DNA from: Candidatus Velthaea sp.
GTDB lineage: Bacteria > Vulcanimicrobiota > Vulcanimicrobiia > Vulcanimicrobiales > Vulcanimicrobiaceae
Length of the DNA: 64,000 nucleotides
Direction: 5' to 3'
Assembly: GCA_050012475.1 (NCBI GenBank)
Contig: JBEKHC010000001.1
Span: 64,001-128,000 of the forward strand
Below are positions 44,750 to 53,605 of this stretch, piece by piece (the stretch's first letter is position 1; every line of letters begins with the position of its first letter). Below the pieces are notes generated by a model. It did no database searches, was not told where the DNA came from, and was given only the letters and a program-made list of their open reading frames with translations. The position numbers and the translations under genes were made by a program.

Positions 44750-46459
44750 ATGCTGAAAGCCGCCGCCGGCGCCGGAGCCCTCTTCGCGTTGGCCGCGGCG
44801 CTTCCGGCGCGTGCCGATACGCTCGTCACCGGGGCGATTCGGGATCAGGCCGGTGCGGCGATCGCGGGCGCCCGGGTGACGGCCTACGATGCTGCCGGGC
44901 AGCGGGCCGGAGCCGACGTCGCGATCGCCGACGGGACGTTTGCGATCGCCTCCCGGGAAAGGGTCGTTCAGATCGCGGTCGCGTGCGACTATTGCCGGCC
45001 GGTCCGGCGCGGGGTTGAAGCGGGGATGCCGGTGATCGTCATCGTGCAGCGCTTCGCGGCGGTTACGGCAAACGGACCGTCTGCTGCCGATGTCCGCGCG
45101 CTGCCGTACCGAAGCGCGGCCGATCTCGCATCGCTGCGGCCGTTCACCGTCGTCGATGGCGGCCGGATCAGCGACCGCGGTCTGGCTTACGACGGCAGCG
45201 TGCTCGTCGACGGTCTGCCGTTTTATCGCGTGTCCGATGCGAATGATTTGAGCGCATTGGTTCCCGCGCACGCCGTCGCTGCGCTGGCGGCCGACTCGCC
45301 GTTGGCCGCGCCGGTGTACGGCGGCTATGCCGGCGGCGGCACCTACGACGTGCAGCTGCGCGACGCCGACCTGGCGACCAGCCGCATCGATACCGGCGAT
45401 GCCTCCGACATCGATGCAAACGCGCAAACGGCGAATGCCGGCGCCCAGTACGCCGCCTCGTCCGATCCGGGGGACGACCGGCAAGCCGCGAGTGTCGACG
45501 GCCGGCTCCCGTTTGCCGGCGGAAATCTGTCGCTCGACGCTGTAGGGCTGGCGGATACGACGCTGCATGCGTCGGGCGCGAGTCTCTCCTACCTCACGGA
45601 GTCGCGTCGCTTCACCACGGCGGCGGCGGTGGACGCGACGCAAAGTGACGGCGCGTCCCTGCTTGCAGCAAGCGCCTTCGTGCGCAGCCGAGGTCCGCTG
45701 CAATGGGAATATGGCGCGCGCGCATTGCGCGCTACGAGCGAGCTTGGGACAGCGGTGGGAACGCAGTTCGATTCGGCGCTGTACGTGCGCGCGGCTCGTC
45801 AAAGCGGAGCAAGCCGGTTGTCCGCGTTGTTCGCGTGGGATCGCGGCGCCGATTCGAGCGTTGCCAACGTTACGCACGGCACGTCTGGCAGCGCGCTCGT
45901 CGGTTCGCTCGCCGACGACGTGAAGATCGGCGCGTTTTGGACGCTGCATGCAGGCGTGGTGTCGAGTCAGCGGATCCCGACGTTTGTCGAACTCTCGACG
46001 GTTTCGCTCGCCGTCGCCGCCGACCGGAGCCTGCTCTTCGAGCAGTCCGTAACGTATACCGATCTGCATCGCATGCGCGTCTCCGGGACGACGTACACCC
46101 AGCGCACGACCGGCTCGACGACCCTGCACGTCAACGGAATCGGCATCGACTCCGCCTGGCAAATCGCACCGCAACTGTCATTGCGCACGTGGGTGCTGCG
46201 CGCGAACAGCTCGTCGACTGCCGCGGTCGATCCGTTCCCGCCCTACGATCCCGGGACGCTCCCGAGCACGGCGTCGGCATTGACCCGCCGGCTCGTTTGG
46301 CTCAGCTACGACAATGGCTTGCGTGTTGACGCGCTCGTGCGCGGCGGCGCACTCGAGGGCGACGTCCGCATTCCGTTCAACGGGTTCGCCGCCTGCTCCA
46401 TCGGTACAACCCTGTACAAGGGCAGCCGCGTCACGACGTTTGGCTTGACGCTGCGTTGA
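44750..46459 (+). CDS. Carboxypeptidase-regulatory-like domain plus degenerate TonB-receptor-like barrel
   Basis: Signal peptide; VTGAIRDQAGAAIAGARVT; VLVDGLP plug-like motif; beta-rich C-terminus ending FGLTLR. Confidence 0.6.
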   Translation: MLKAAAGAGALFALAAALPARADTLVTGAIRDQAGAAIAGARVTAYDAAGQRAGADVAIADGTFAIASRERVVQIAVACDYCRPVRRGVEAGMPVIVIVQRFAAVTANGPSAADVRALPYRSAADLASLRPFTVVDGGRISDRGLAYDGSVLVDGLPFYRVSDANDLSALVPAHAVAALAADSPLAAPVYGGYAGGGTYDVQLRDADLATSRIDTGDASDIDANAQTANAGAQYAASSDPGDDRQAASVDGRLPFAGGNLSLDAVGLADTTLHASGASLSYLTESRRFTTAAAVDATQSDGASLLAASAFVRSRGPLQWEYGARALRATSELGTAVGTQFDSALYVRAARQSGASRLSALFAWDRGADSSVANVTHGTSGSALVGSLADDVKIGAFWTLHAGVVSSQRIPTFVELSTVSLAVAADRSLLFEQSVTYTDLHRMRVSGTTYTQRTTGSTTLHVNGIGIDSAWQIAPQLSLRTWVLRANSSSTAAVDPFPPYDPGTLPSTASALTRRLVWLSYDNGLRVDALVRGGALEGDVRIPFNGFAACSIGTTLYKGSRVTTFGLTLR

Positions 46460-46465
46460 ATCCAG

Positions 46466-46492
46466 TCATGACCGCGCAGCATCCGCCGATAA
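46466..46492 (+). promoter_or_regulatory. Putative sigma28-like promoter
   Basis: TCAT-N15-GCCGATAA (perfect -10, weak -35) just before ATG 46501. Confidence 0.45.
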
Positions 46493-46500
46493 CCCATTCG

Positions 46501-47223
46501 ATGATTCGAACGCGAACCGGGCGAGAACAACCGTTTTTTCTCAGCGTCGCGATCGTCGCCGTGAGCTTGGCGGAGGTCGGCGCTCTTGCCGATGAGCTTT
46601 CGCTCGCAGCGATCAACGCCAAAGTGATCGCGCGCCGAGCCGGGTCCCAGGCCGCCGGGTTCCAGCCGGTCACCGATTTCATCGACCAAACCGCTCGTGC
46701 GACCGCCAAACTCACCGCGGCGATCGGCGCGGGTACGTTGAGTGCTTCGCGATCGGCGGTTGCCGAGCGGCGGGCGTTCGAGGCGTTGCGGCTTTTGCGC
46801 CGGGCGGCGGCCGGCAAGGGAACCGGTGCGAACTCGCTGGACGCGGTTGTCGACCGGTGCGAGACGGCGCGGATCGCGCAGAGCCAATCCGTCACCGTCG
46901 CAGTCGGCGCCGTGGACGGCTTGCTGCAGGAGATCGCCGCGCACATGCGATCGATTTCCATTATCACCGTTCAGTCACGCGTCGAAGCGCAGCAAGCCGG
47001 TCCGTACCGGGCCGACCTGGAGGCCGTCGCTGCGTCGATGTCGGATGCCGCGGCGCGCGTCACCGACATCGTGCGGCAGGCTCGGCGCGAACTGCGCCAA
47101 GCGCTTGCGCAACGCGGGCGGCGGGGAATCGGTCGGCCCTCCGCGATGTCGCGGGAGTGTTGGGGCGGCGCGGAAAACATCCCGCAGCCGGACTTCCGGC
47201 TTTCGGGATGGAGCATCAGATGA
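46501..47223 (+). CDS. Soluble methyl-accepting-chemotaxis-like signalling protein
   Basis: LAAINAKVIARRAGSQAAGF resembles the MCP hairpin tip LALNAAIEAARAGExGRGF. Confidence 0.6.
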   Translation: MIRTRTGREQPFFLSVAIVAVSLAEVGALADELSLAAINAKVIARRAGSQAAGFQPVTDFIDQTARATAKLTAAIGAGTLSASRSAVAERRAFEALRLLRRAAAGKGTGANSLDAVVDRCETARIAQSQSVTVAVGAVDGLLQEIAAHMRSISIITVQSRVEAQQAGPYRADLEAVAASMSDAAARVTDIVRQARRELRQALAQRGRRGIGRPSAMSRECWGGAENIPQPDFRLSGWSIR

Positions 47224-47438
47224 GCAACGTCAAGATTACTTTTGCGCAGAACGGACCGTATCTCGTCACCGGCCCGATCGATCTCGAAACACCCGACGGA
47301 CAGCCGATCGACATCCCGGCGGGCCGGACCACGGTGGCGCTGTGCCGCTGCGGAGCCTCCGTCAACAAACCGTTCTGCGACGGCACGCATAGCAAGATCG
47401 GCTTCAACGCCGCCAAGGCCGCCGTACCCGAGTCGTAA
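47220..47438 (+). CDS. CDGSH iron-sulfur domain protein
   Basis: NGPYLV, ALCRCGASVNKPFCDGTH; ATGA overlap. Confidence 0.92.
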   Translation: MSNVKITFAQNGPYLVTGPIDLETPDGQPIDIPAGRTTVALCRCGASVNKPFCDGTHSKIGFNAAKAAVPES

Positions 47439-47441
47439 ACT

Positions 47442-48473
47442 TCAGTTCGCTTTGCCGTTGCGCAAGCCGGCGAGCTCGCGGAACAGCTTGTTTTCTTTGT
47501 CGCTCAATTCGGTCGGCAGTTGGCCGACGAGGCGAACGTATTCGTCGCCGAATCCGGCATTCTTGAGTTTGGGCATGCCTTTTCCCGACAAGCGCAGCAT
47601 CTTGTTGTTCTGCGTGCCGGCCGGGATCGTCATTGTCACGTCGCCGGTCATCGTGGGGACGCGCACGTCGCCGCCGAGAACCAGATCGTAGATCGAAACC
47701 GGCAAATCGACGTACAGATCGTCGCCCTTGCGCTCGTACCGCTTGTCGCCGGTGAACTTCACGATGAGGAACAGGTCGCCGTTGGCACCGCCCCCCGCGC
47801 CGCTGCCGCCTTGACCGGTGAGCCGGATCCGCTGACCTTCGCGCACCCCTTTGGGAATGGTCACGTCGAAACGCTTGGTCTCGATCGTACGGCCCGTGCC
47901 GTGACATTGCGGACAAATCCCCTTGCCCGACGTGCCCGTGCCGCCGCAGCGCGGACAGCGATCCTCGAGCTGGAGCGAGACCGACTTTTTGCCGCCCTCA
48001 TACGCTTCGGCAAGGGTCAAATCGATGGTTGTTTCCAAATCCTGTCCACGCTCCCCCAAGCCGGTCGGACCGCTGGTCGGACGACGCCCGATGCCCGAAA
48101 AGAACATGTCGAAGAAATCCGAGAAGCCGCTCGGACCGCCGGCGGCACCGGCGCCGCCCGACGCGGAGCTGAAGTCGTTGAAGTCGTACGCGGCTTGCTG
48201 CTGGGCACGGCGATACGTGCGCTGCTGTTCGGCCTCTTGAGCCGCGCGCTGCCAATCACTGCCGAGAACATCGTACTTCTTGCGCTTTTCCGAATCGCCG
48301 AGAACTTCGTAGGCTTCTTGGATGTCTTTGAATTTCTCTTCGGCCTGACGCGCGTTGGTCGGATTGGCATCCGGATGCCATTTGCGGGCCAGCTTCCGAT
48401 ACGCCGATTTGATGTCTTTCTCGGGCGCGGTTTTCGGTACGCCTAAGATATCGTAGTAATTCTTATAGTTCAT
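47442..48473 (-). CDS. dnaJ: DnaJ/CbpA-family co-chaperone with only two CxxCxGxG motifs
   Basis: J domain with HPD, G/F region, CPRCGGTG and CPQCHGTG, C-terminal substrate-binding domain. Confidence 0.88.
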   Translation of the reverse strand: MNYKNYYDILGVPKTAPEKDIKSAYRKLARKWHPDANPTNARQAEEKFKDIQEAYEVLGDSEKRKKYDVLGSDWQRAAQEAEQQRTYRRAQQQAAYDFNDFSSASGGAGAAGGPSGFSDFFDMFFSGIGRRPTSGPTGLGERGQDLETTIDLTLAEAYEGGKKSVSLQLEDRCPRCGGTGTSGKGICPQCHGTGRTIETKRFDVTIPKGVREGQRIRLTGQGGSGAGGGANGDLFLIVKFTGDKRYERKGDDLYVDLPVSIYDLVLGGDVRVPTMTGDVTMTIPAGTQNNKMLRLSGKGMPKLKNAGFGDEYVRLVGQLPTELSDKENKLFRELAGLRNGKAN

Positions 48474-48548
48474 GGTTGAAAGCGACGTGCCCGCGCGCGC
48501 TTCGCGGCGTGCGGAAGTCGGACGGAACGAACGAGCGCGCGCACGGAT

Positions 48549-49097
48549 TTAAACGCTTTTGGCGACGATAACGTGAGCGGCGCGCAGAACGTCATCGCCC
48601 CAAATGTACGCCTTGGTCGCCTCTTCGAGAACGGTGTCCTCGGCGACGCCTTCGGGCGTCGGTTGCGTGCCGATCGCTTCGGCCAACCGCGGATCGAACG
48701 GCAAACCCTTGAGCGATACGGCTTTCACGCCTTCGGCGGCCAGCACGTTTTCGAATCCGCGCAGCGTCGCTTGCAGGCCGCCTTTGAGCCCTTCGTTTTC
48801 CGTATCGAACGAAAGCGCGCGTTCGAGATTGTCGATCACGGGCAGGAACTTGGCGATGAGCGCCTTGCGCCCCGACATCGCGATCTCGCCCAGCTGCCGT
48901 TCCATGCGCTTCTTGTAGTTCTCGAAATCAGCCATGGCGTAGAGAAACTTGTTGTAGTTTTCTTCTGCTTTGGCGTTGGCCGCCGCTAACTGGGTCTCGA
49001 GATCGGAATCGGCCGTTGCCGTCACGACACCATTGTTTATTGCGTCCGCAGTTGCCGTAGCTTCCGCGGACGCGTTCGTTACCTTGTCGTCGTTCAT
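48549..49097 (-). CDS. grpE: Nucleotide exchange factor GrpE
   Basis: ADFENYKKR, LPVIDNLERAL, FDP, VLRAAHVIV. Confidence 0.93.
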   Translation of the reverse strand: MNDDKVTNASAEATATADAINNGVVTATADSDLETQLAAANAKAEENYNKFLYAMADFENYKKRMERQLGEIAMSGRKALIAKFLPVIDNLERALSFDTENEGLKGGLQATLRGFENVLAAEGVKAVSLKGLPFDPRLAEAIGTQPTPEGVAEDTVLEEATKAYIWGDDVLRAAHVIVAKSV

Positions 49098-49172
49098 GAC
49101 GCTCTTTCTTTTACGAACGGAGGCAGCGAGGCGCGCCCGGTCGAGCGCACCTCGGAGATGCTTCACGCGGTA

Positions 49173-51029
49173 TTACTTGGCTTCTTTGAACTCGGCGTCG
49201 ATGACGTCTTCGTTCTGCGGCGCGCCTTCGGCCGGACCGTTCGGCGGCGTTCCGCTGCCGGGTCCCGCGCCGTCCGTTGCGCCGTTGGCCGACGCGCCGG
49301 TCTTGGCGTAGAGTGCCTCGGCGAGCTTGTAGCTCGACGCTTGCAGTTTCTCGGTGGCTGCCTTGATTTCGGCGGCCGTGCCGTTGTCCGACACGCGCTT
49401 GAGCTCGGCCAGGGCGGCTTCGACGTCGGTCTTGATCGTGGCGTCAGCTTTGTCGCCGACTTCCTTGAGCGACTTCTCCGTCGAGTAGATCAGCGAGTTG
49501 GCGGTGTTGCGGGTCTCCGCTTCCTCTTTCTTGCGCTGATCTTCGGCGCGCGCCGCTTCGGCGTCACGCACCATCTTGTCGATTTCGTCTTTGTTGAGAT
49601 TGGTCGACGCGGTGATGGTGATTTGCTGCTCTTTGCCCGTGCCCAGATCTTTGGCGCCGACGTTGACGATGCCGTTTGCATCGATGTTGAAGGTGACCTC
49701 GATCTGCGGTACGCCGCGCGGCGCAGCCGGAATGCCTTCGAGCCGGAAACGCGCGAGCGTCTTGTTGTCGCCCGCCATCTCGCGCTCGCCTTGCAGCACG
49801 TGGATGTCGACCGACGTTTGGCCGTCCTCGGCCGTCGTGAAGACTTGCGTCTTGCGCGTCGGAATCGTGGTGTTGCGTTCGATGAGTTTGGTATTCACGC
49901 CGCCGAGCGTCTCGAGGCCCAGCGAAAGCGGGGTGACGTCGAGCAGAACCACGTCGCGAACTTCGCCGGCCAGCACGCCGGCTTGAATCGCCGCGCCGAT
50001 GGCGACGACTTCATCGGGGTTGACCGATTGATTGAGCTCTTTGCCCGTCAGCTTCTTGACGAGTTCTTGGATCACGGGCATGCGGGTCGAACCGCCGACC
50101 ATGACGACTTCGTCGATCTTGGAGACGTCGAGCTTCGCGTCGTTGAGCGCGTTCTTGAACGGCTGCACGCAGCGGTCGGTCAAGCTCGCGGTGAGCTCCT
50201 CGAACTTCGCCCGGGTGAAGGTGAGGTCGAGATGCTTGGGTCCGTTTTGATCGGCCGTGATGAACGGCAGGTTGATGTTGGTCTGGACCACGCCCGACAG
50301 TTCGATCTTGGCTTTTTCGGCCGCCTCGGTGAGCCGCTGCATGGCCTGCTTGTCGCCGGACAGATCGATGCCTTGTTCCTTGCGGAATTCGGCGACGAGA
50401 TAGTCGACGATCTTCTTGTCGTAGTCGTCGCCGCCCAGGCGGGTGTCGCCGTTGGTCGACTTCACTTCGAACACGCCGTCGCCGACTTCGAGGATCGACA
50501 CGTCGAACGTGCCGCCGCCGAGATCCCAGACCAGGATGGTTTCGTTGCCCTTTTTATCCAGGCCGTACGCCAATGCCGCGGCAGTCGGCTCGTTGATGAT
50601 GCGCAGCACGTCGAGCCCGGCGATCTTGCCGGCGTCTTTGGTCGCTTGGCGCTGGGCGTCGTTGAAGTATGCCGGAACGGTGACGACGGCTTTGGTCACC
50701 CGTTCGCCCAAATAGGTCGAAGCGTCGTTGACGAGCTTCTGCAGGATCATCGAGCTGATCTCTTGCGGCGAGTAATCCTTGCCGTCGATCTTCGTCTTAT
50801 GATCCGTGCCCATCTCGCGCTTGATCGAGCTGATCGTGCGCTCGGGGTTGGTCACGGCCTGGCGTTTTGCCAGTTGTCCGACCAGACGTTCTCCGGTCTT
50901 GGTGAATGCCACCACCGAAGGCGTCGTGCGATTGCCTTCGGAGTTGGCGATAACGGTAGGGCTCTGGCCCTCCATGACGGCGACGACCGAGTTGGTCGTG
51001 CCGAGGTCGATTCCGACCACTTTAGCCAT
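49173..51029 (-). CDS. dnaK: Molecular chaperone DnaK
   Basis: [34 protein letters not shown]. Confidence 0.98.
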   Translation of the reverse strand: MAKVVGIDLGTTNSVVAVMEGQSPTVIANSEGNRTTPSVVAFTKTGERLVGQLAKRQAVTNPERTISSIKREMGTDHKTKIDGKDYSPQEISSMILQKLVNDASTYLGERVTKAVVTVPAYFNDAQRQATKDAGKIAGLDVLRIINEPTAAALAYGLDKKGNETILVWDLGGGTFDVSILEVGDGVFEVKSTNGDTRLGGDDYDKKIVDYLVAEFRKEQGIDLSGDKQAMQRLTEAAEKAKIELSGVVQTNINLPFITADQNGPKHLDLTFTRAKFEELTASLTDRCVQPFKNALNDAKLDVSKIDEVVMVGGSTRMPVIQELVKKLTGKELNQSVNPDEVVAIGAAIQAGVLAGEVRDVVLLDVTPLSLGLETLGGVNTKLIERNTTIPTRKTQVFTTAEDGQTSVDIHVLQGEREMAGDNKTLARFRLEGIPAAPRGVPQIEVTFNIDANGIVNVGAKDLGTGKEQQITITASTNLNKDEIDKMVRDAEAARAEDQRKKEEAETRNTANSLIYSTEKSLKEVGDKADATIKTDVEAALAELKRVSDNGTAAEIKAATEKLQASSYKLAEALYAKTGASANGATDGAGPGSGTPPNGPAEGAPQNEDVIDAEFKEAK

Positions 51030-51215
51030 AAATCTGGTGATCTCGCTTTCCGAGCGCCGTGGACCATCCCCAAGGTGGCGAACCACCGGGAAGCCGTTGC
51101 CGGCTTCCGTTTTGTCAGGCCTTGCCGCTTATCGTCGCTCAAGGACCCGTGGGCTCCGGCTTCCCGGCCCCACGATTGAAGTAATACATGCCGCACCGCG
51201 GCGCACCGACTATCA

Positions 51216-51240
51216 TACGGCAAGCGGCGCGGTTTGTTCC
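51216..51240 (-). promoter_or_regulatory. Putative ECF-sigma promoter for dnaK
   Basis: Minus strand GGAAC-N16-CGTA, overlapping TATGAT. Confidence 0.45.
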
Positions 51241-51259
51241 AGTACTAGTGACAGAAAAT

Positions 51260-51286
51260 TTGGCACTCTGGTTGCAGCCTTACCAA
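51260..51286. promoter_or_regulatory. Degenerate CIRCE-like inverted repeat
   Basis: TTGGCACTC-N9-CCTTACCAA versus TTAGCACTC-N9-GAGTGCTAA, upstream of dnaK. Confidence 0.45.
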
Positions 51287-51324
51287 ATTGAGATGCTTTT
51301 CGAGCTCCCGGCGTTATCACGGCG

Positions 51325-52011
51325 ATGCCGCTCTTGGGACTCGCCTTCGCTCTGTTGGGAGTAACGCTCGGTTCGCCGGCCGCAGAACTGCGGGCCAAGT
51401 TCGGCGATCCGCTGCTCGTCGAGCGGGTCTCCGCTATCTCGCGGACCGCCGATTACTTGCGGGCCGACGACCCGTCGGCGGTCCTGCGCATAACCGAGCG
51501 CGATGGGGTCGTGTTCGCGGTCGAGATCGAACGCGAACGCCCCGAGCCGACGGCCGGGATCGGCGACGGCTACGGCATCCTGCTCGGCATGGCGCGTTCG
51601 GCGGTCGAGGCCAAACGCAGCGGCAAGCCGGCCGTCGAAACCATGAACACGCTCATCTATCCGGAAGATCCGAACGACGACGCCTCGACGATCTACCGCT
51701 TCGACGGCGACATCCTCGAGGGCATCAAGCTCATCGGCTCGGGTTCATCAGCCGCCGGGAATCCGTCACTCCCGCACCTGGCCGAAGCGACCGGCGCCGG
51801 CTATGCCGACGCGATCCTCGATTTCTCGGCCAGTGTGCTGGTGAGCGACCACTTTCGCGACCGCTACCTCATCGTCCACGGCTGCGATACGAGCGGCCGC
51901 CGCTCGACGATCGACCGGCGGGACGGCCGCACGTACGCCGTTACCAGCGCGACCTGCAACGATAAGCCGCGCACGTTCTACTTCGATATCAGCCGGGCGC
52001 AGCCGCACTAG
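51325..52011 (+). CDS. Hypothetical exported protein
   Basis: Hydrophobic N-terminus; two internal (G/L)xxLGx..A(E/V)..AKxG repeats. Confidence 0.7.
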   Translation: MPLLGLAFALLGVTLGSPAAELRAKFGDPLLVERVSAISRTADYLRADDPSAVLRITERDGVVFAVEIERERPEPTAGIGDGYGILLGMARSAVEAKRSGKPAVETMNTLIYPEDPNDDASTIYRFDGDILEGIKLIGSGSSAAGNPSLPHLAEATGAGYADAILDFSASVLVSDHFRDRYLIVHGCDTSGRRSTIDRRDGRTYAVTSATCNDKPRTFYFDISRAQPH

Positions 52012-52038
52012 CGGCAGTCACGCTCGACCGGCCGGCGC

Positions 52039-53382
52039 TCAAAAGATGCTCGCGATCAGGTCGGAAACCTCGTGCGCGGCCGCGACCGCGCCTTTGCCGA
52101 TGTCTTTGCCGACGGTCGCCGCGTCATGTGCGGCGCCGTTGATGATCGCTTGCCCGGTCTTGCTCTCAAGCGCCTTGGTGGCGAGGTACGAAGCACCCAC
52201 ACCGAGCGCGACTGCGCCGACGGCTGCCAGGCCGACTGGTCCGGTTGCGGCGACCACCGCTGCGTCCGCCGCGATCTCGCCGATGCCGAGCCCGGCCCCT
52301 GCGGCCGCGGCATCGGTCCCGATGCCGGCCGCAGCCGCGGCGTCTCCCGCGACGTTCGTCACGACGTCGCCGGCCACGGTTCCCGCGACGTTGGCGACGC
52401 TCGCGTCCGCGACGCTTTTGCCGCTCGCGACGTCGACGGCGGTGGAGGCAACGGTCAGCGCGGCGCCGACGAGCGGAACGTCGCGCAGAACGCCGACGCC
52501 ATTCTTGAGCAGCCCCTTGGACAGCGTTTCGGCCGAGGCGGCCTCGGAGCTCCCCACCTTGGTGAAATCTCCGACGGAGGCGCCGATGATGTCGGCGCCC
52601 TTGCGGACGAGGCTCTTTCCCGCTGCTTCGGCGATCGCCGTATCCGCCTTCGCCGCTGACCTGAGCTTGACCGCGAGGTCCGTCCCGTCACTGCGGATCG
52701 CGGGCGGCAGCGCGTTGATGGCCTTGTCGGCGCTGCTGCTCCAGTTGTTGTAAGCGCTGCCGACGGCCGCTTTTGCTTTGCTCGCCAAGGTACCGAGTGG
52801 ACCGCGGAGGACGCCCGGCGCTGCGGCAACGGCGCGATCGATCGTCGCCCCGGCGGAGCGGCCTGCCGACCGGGCGATGGCGTCGAGCGGCGCCTTCACG
52901 CCGTCGAGAAAGCGCGCCGCCTGGTTTGCCGAGTCGAGCTGGTCGGCGAGAAGCCGGGCGCCGGCACTGTCGCCGTGGGCCCCGCCGGCCAGCCGTTCAC
53001 CCAGGGTGCGCTCGCCCTTAGCGAGCTTGGCGAGATCCTTGATCGCGCTTTGACGCTCGGAAATCGTTTGCGTCGACCAGTTGGCGAGCGTCTTCTCGAC
53101 GTTGTCCGCCAGCGCACCGTTCGCTTTCGCGGCGTCTTCGTACGCTTGCACGATCGCGTGCGGAGCGGCCGCGGCACCGGCCGCGAAATCGGCGATGTTC
53201 GTCGCGTTCTGCTCGATCAGCCGTTCCGGGGCTGAAGCGACGGAGTCCGGCCTCACGTGCGGCGGCATCGCTTTGGGCACGGCCGGCGGCTTCGCCCAAA
53301 AGGCCGGCGGCTGCGCCCGCAAAAGCGGCGGCTCCGGCGATGGCGGCGGCAAGGCGGAGCGGGAGGTGATCGCGGAACTCAT
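52039..53382 (-). CDS. Ala/Gly-rich hypothetical protein with hydrophobic C-terminal helices
   Basis: AAGGTG RBS; Ser/Pro-rich N-terminus; VPLVGAALTVAST and GPVGLAAVGAVALGVG segments. Confidence 0.7.
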   Translation of the reverse strand: MSSAITSRSALPPPSPEPPLLRAQPPAFWAKPPAVPKAMPPHVRPDSVASAPERLIEQNATNIADFAAGAAAAPHAIVQAYEDAAKANGALADNVEKTLANWSTQTISERQSAIKDLAKLAKGERTLGERLAGGAHGDSAGARLLADQLDSANQAARFLDGVKAPLDAIARSAGRSAGATIDRAVAAAPGVLRGPLGTLASKAKAAVGSAYNNWSSSADKAINALPPAIRSDGTDLAVKLRSAAKADTAIAEAAGKSLVRKGADIIGASVGDFTKVGSSEAASAETLSKGLLKNGVGVLRDVPLVGAALTVASTAVDVASGKSVADASVANVAGTVAGDVVTNVAGDAAAAAGIGTDAAAAGAGLGIGEIAADAAVVAATGPVGLAAVGAVALGVGASYLATKALESKTGQAIINGAAHDAATVGKDIGKGAVAAAHEVSDLIASIF

Positions 53383-53486
53383 CGATGTGGCACCTTTCCG
53401 GCAGACGCGAATGCTTCTGCCGGCCCTATCGCGTGCAAGCCCCGAAAAGTCAAGGCCGCTCGAGCCACCCGATCGCCGCGGTCACC

Positions 53487-53547
53487 GGCGGTGCGAATCG
53501 AATGGCGGTGCGAATCCAATGCGGCGCGAATCCAACGCGAATCCAAA
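53487..53547. repeat. Four short direct repeats GCGAATC[CG]AA
   Basis: Copies at 53493, 53510, 53526, 53537. Confidence 0.75.
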
Positions 53548-53578
53548 ATGAAGAGGCGCCGGTTCGGCTCGGCGCCTC
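53545..53578 (-). terminator. Intrinsic terminator of htrA
   Basis: 9-bp stem GAGGCGCCG..CGGCGCCTC followed on the minus strand by TTCATTTT. Confidence 0.65.
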
Positions 53579-53605
53579 GTCATGTCGCAGTCGGGACGTT
53601 CCCGG

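Noticed and set aside
51121..51143. HAIR (HspR) operator upstream of dnaK
   Set aside because: Only one half-site (GCTCAAG), wrong spacing, and no hspR in the operon
49158..51179. 673-aa ORF antisense to dnaK
   Set aside because: Well-known antisense frame of GC-rich hsp70 genes; no independent support
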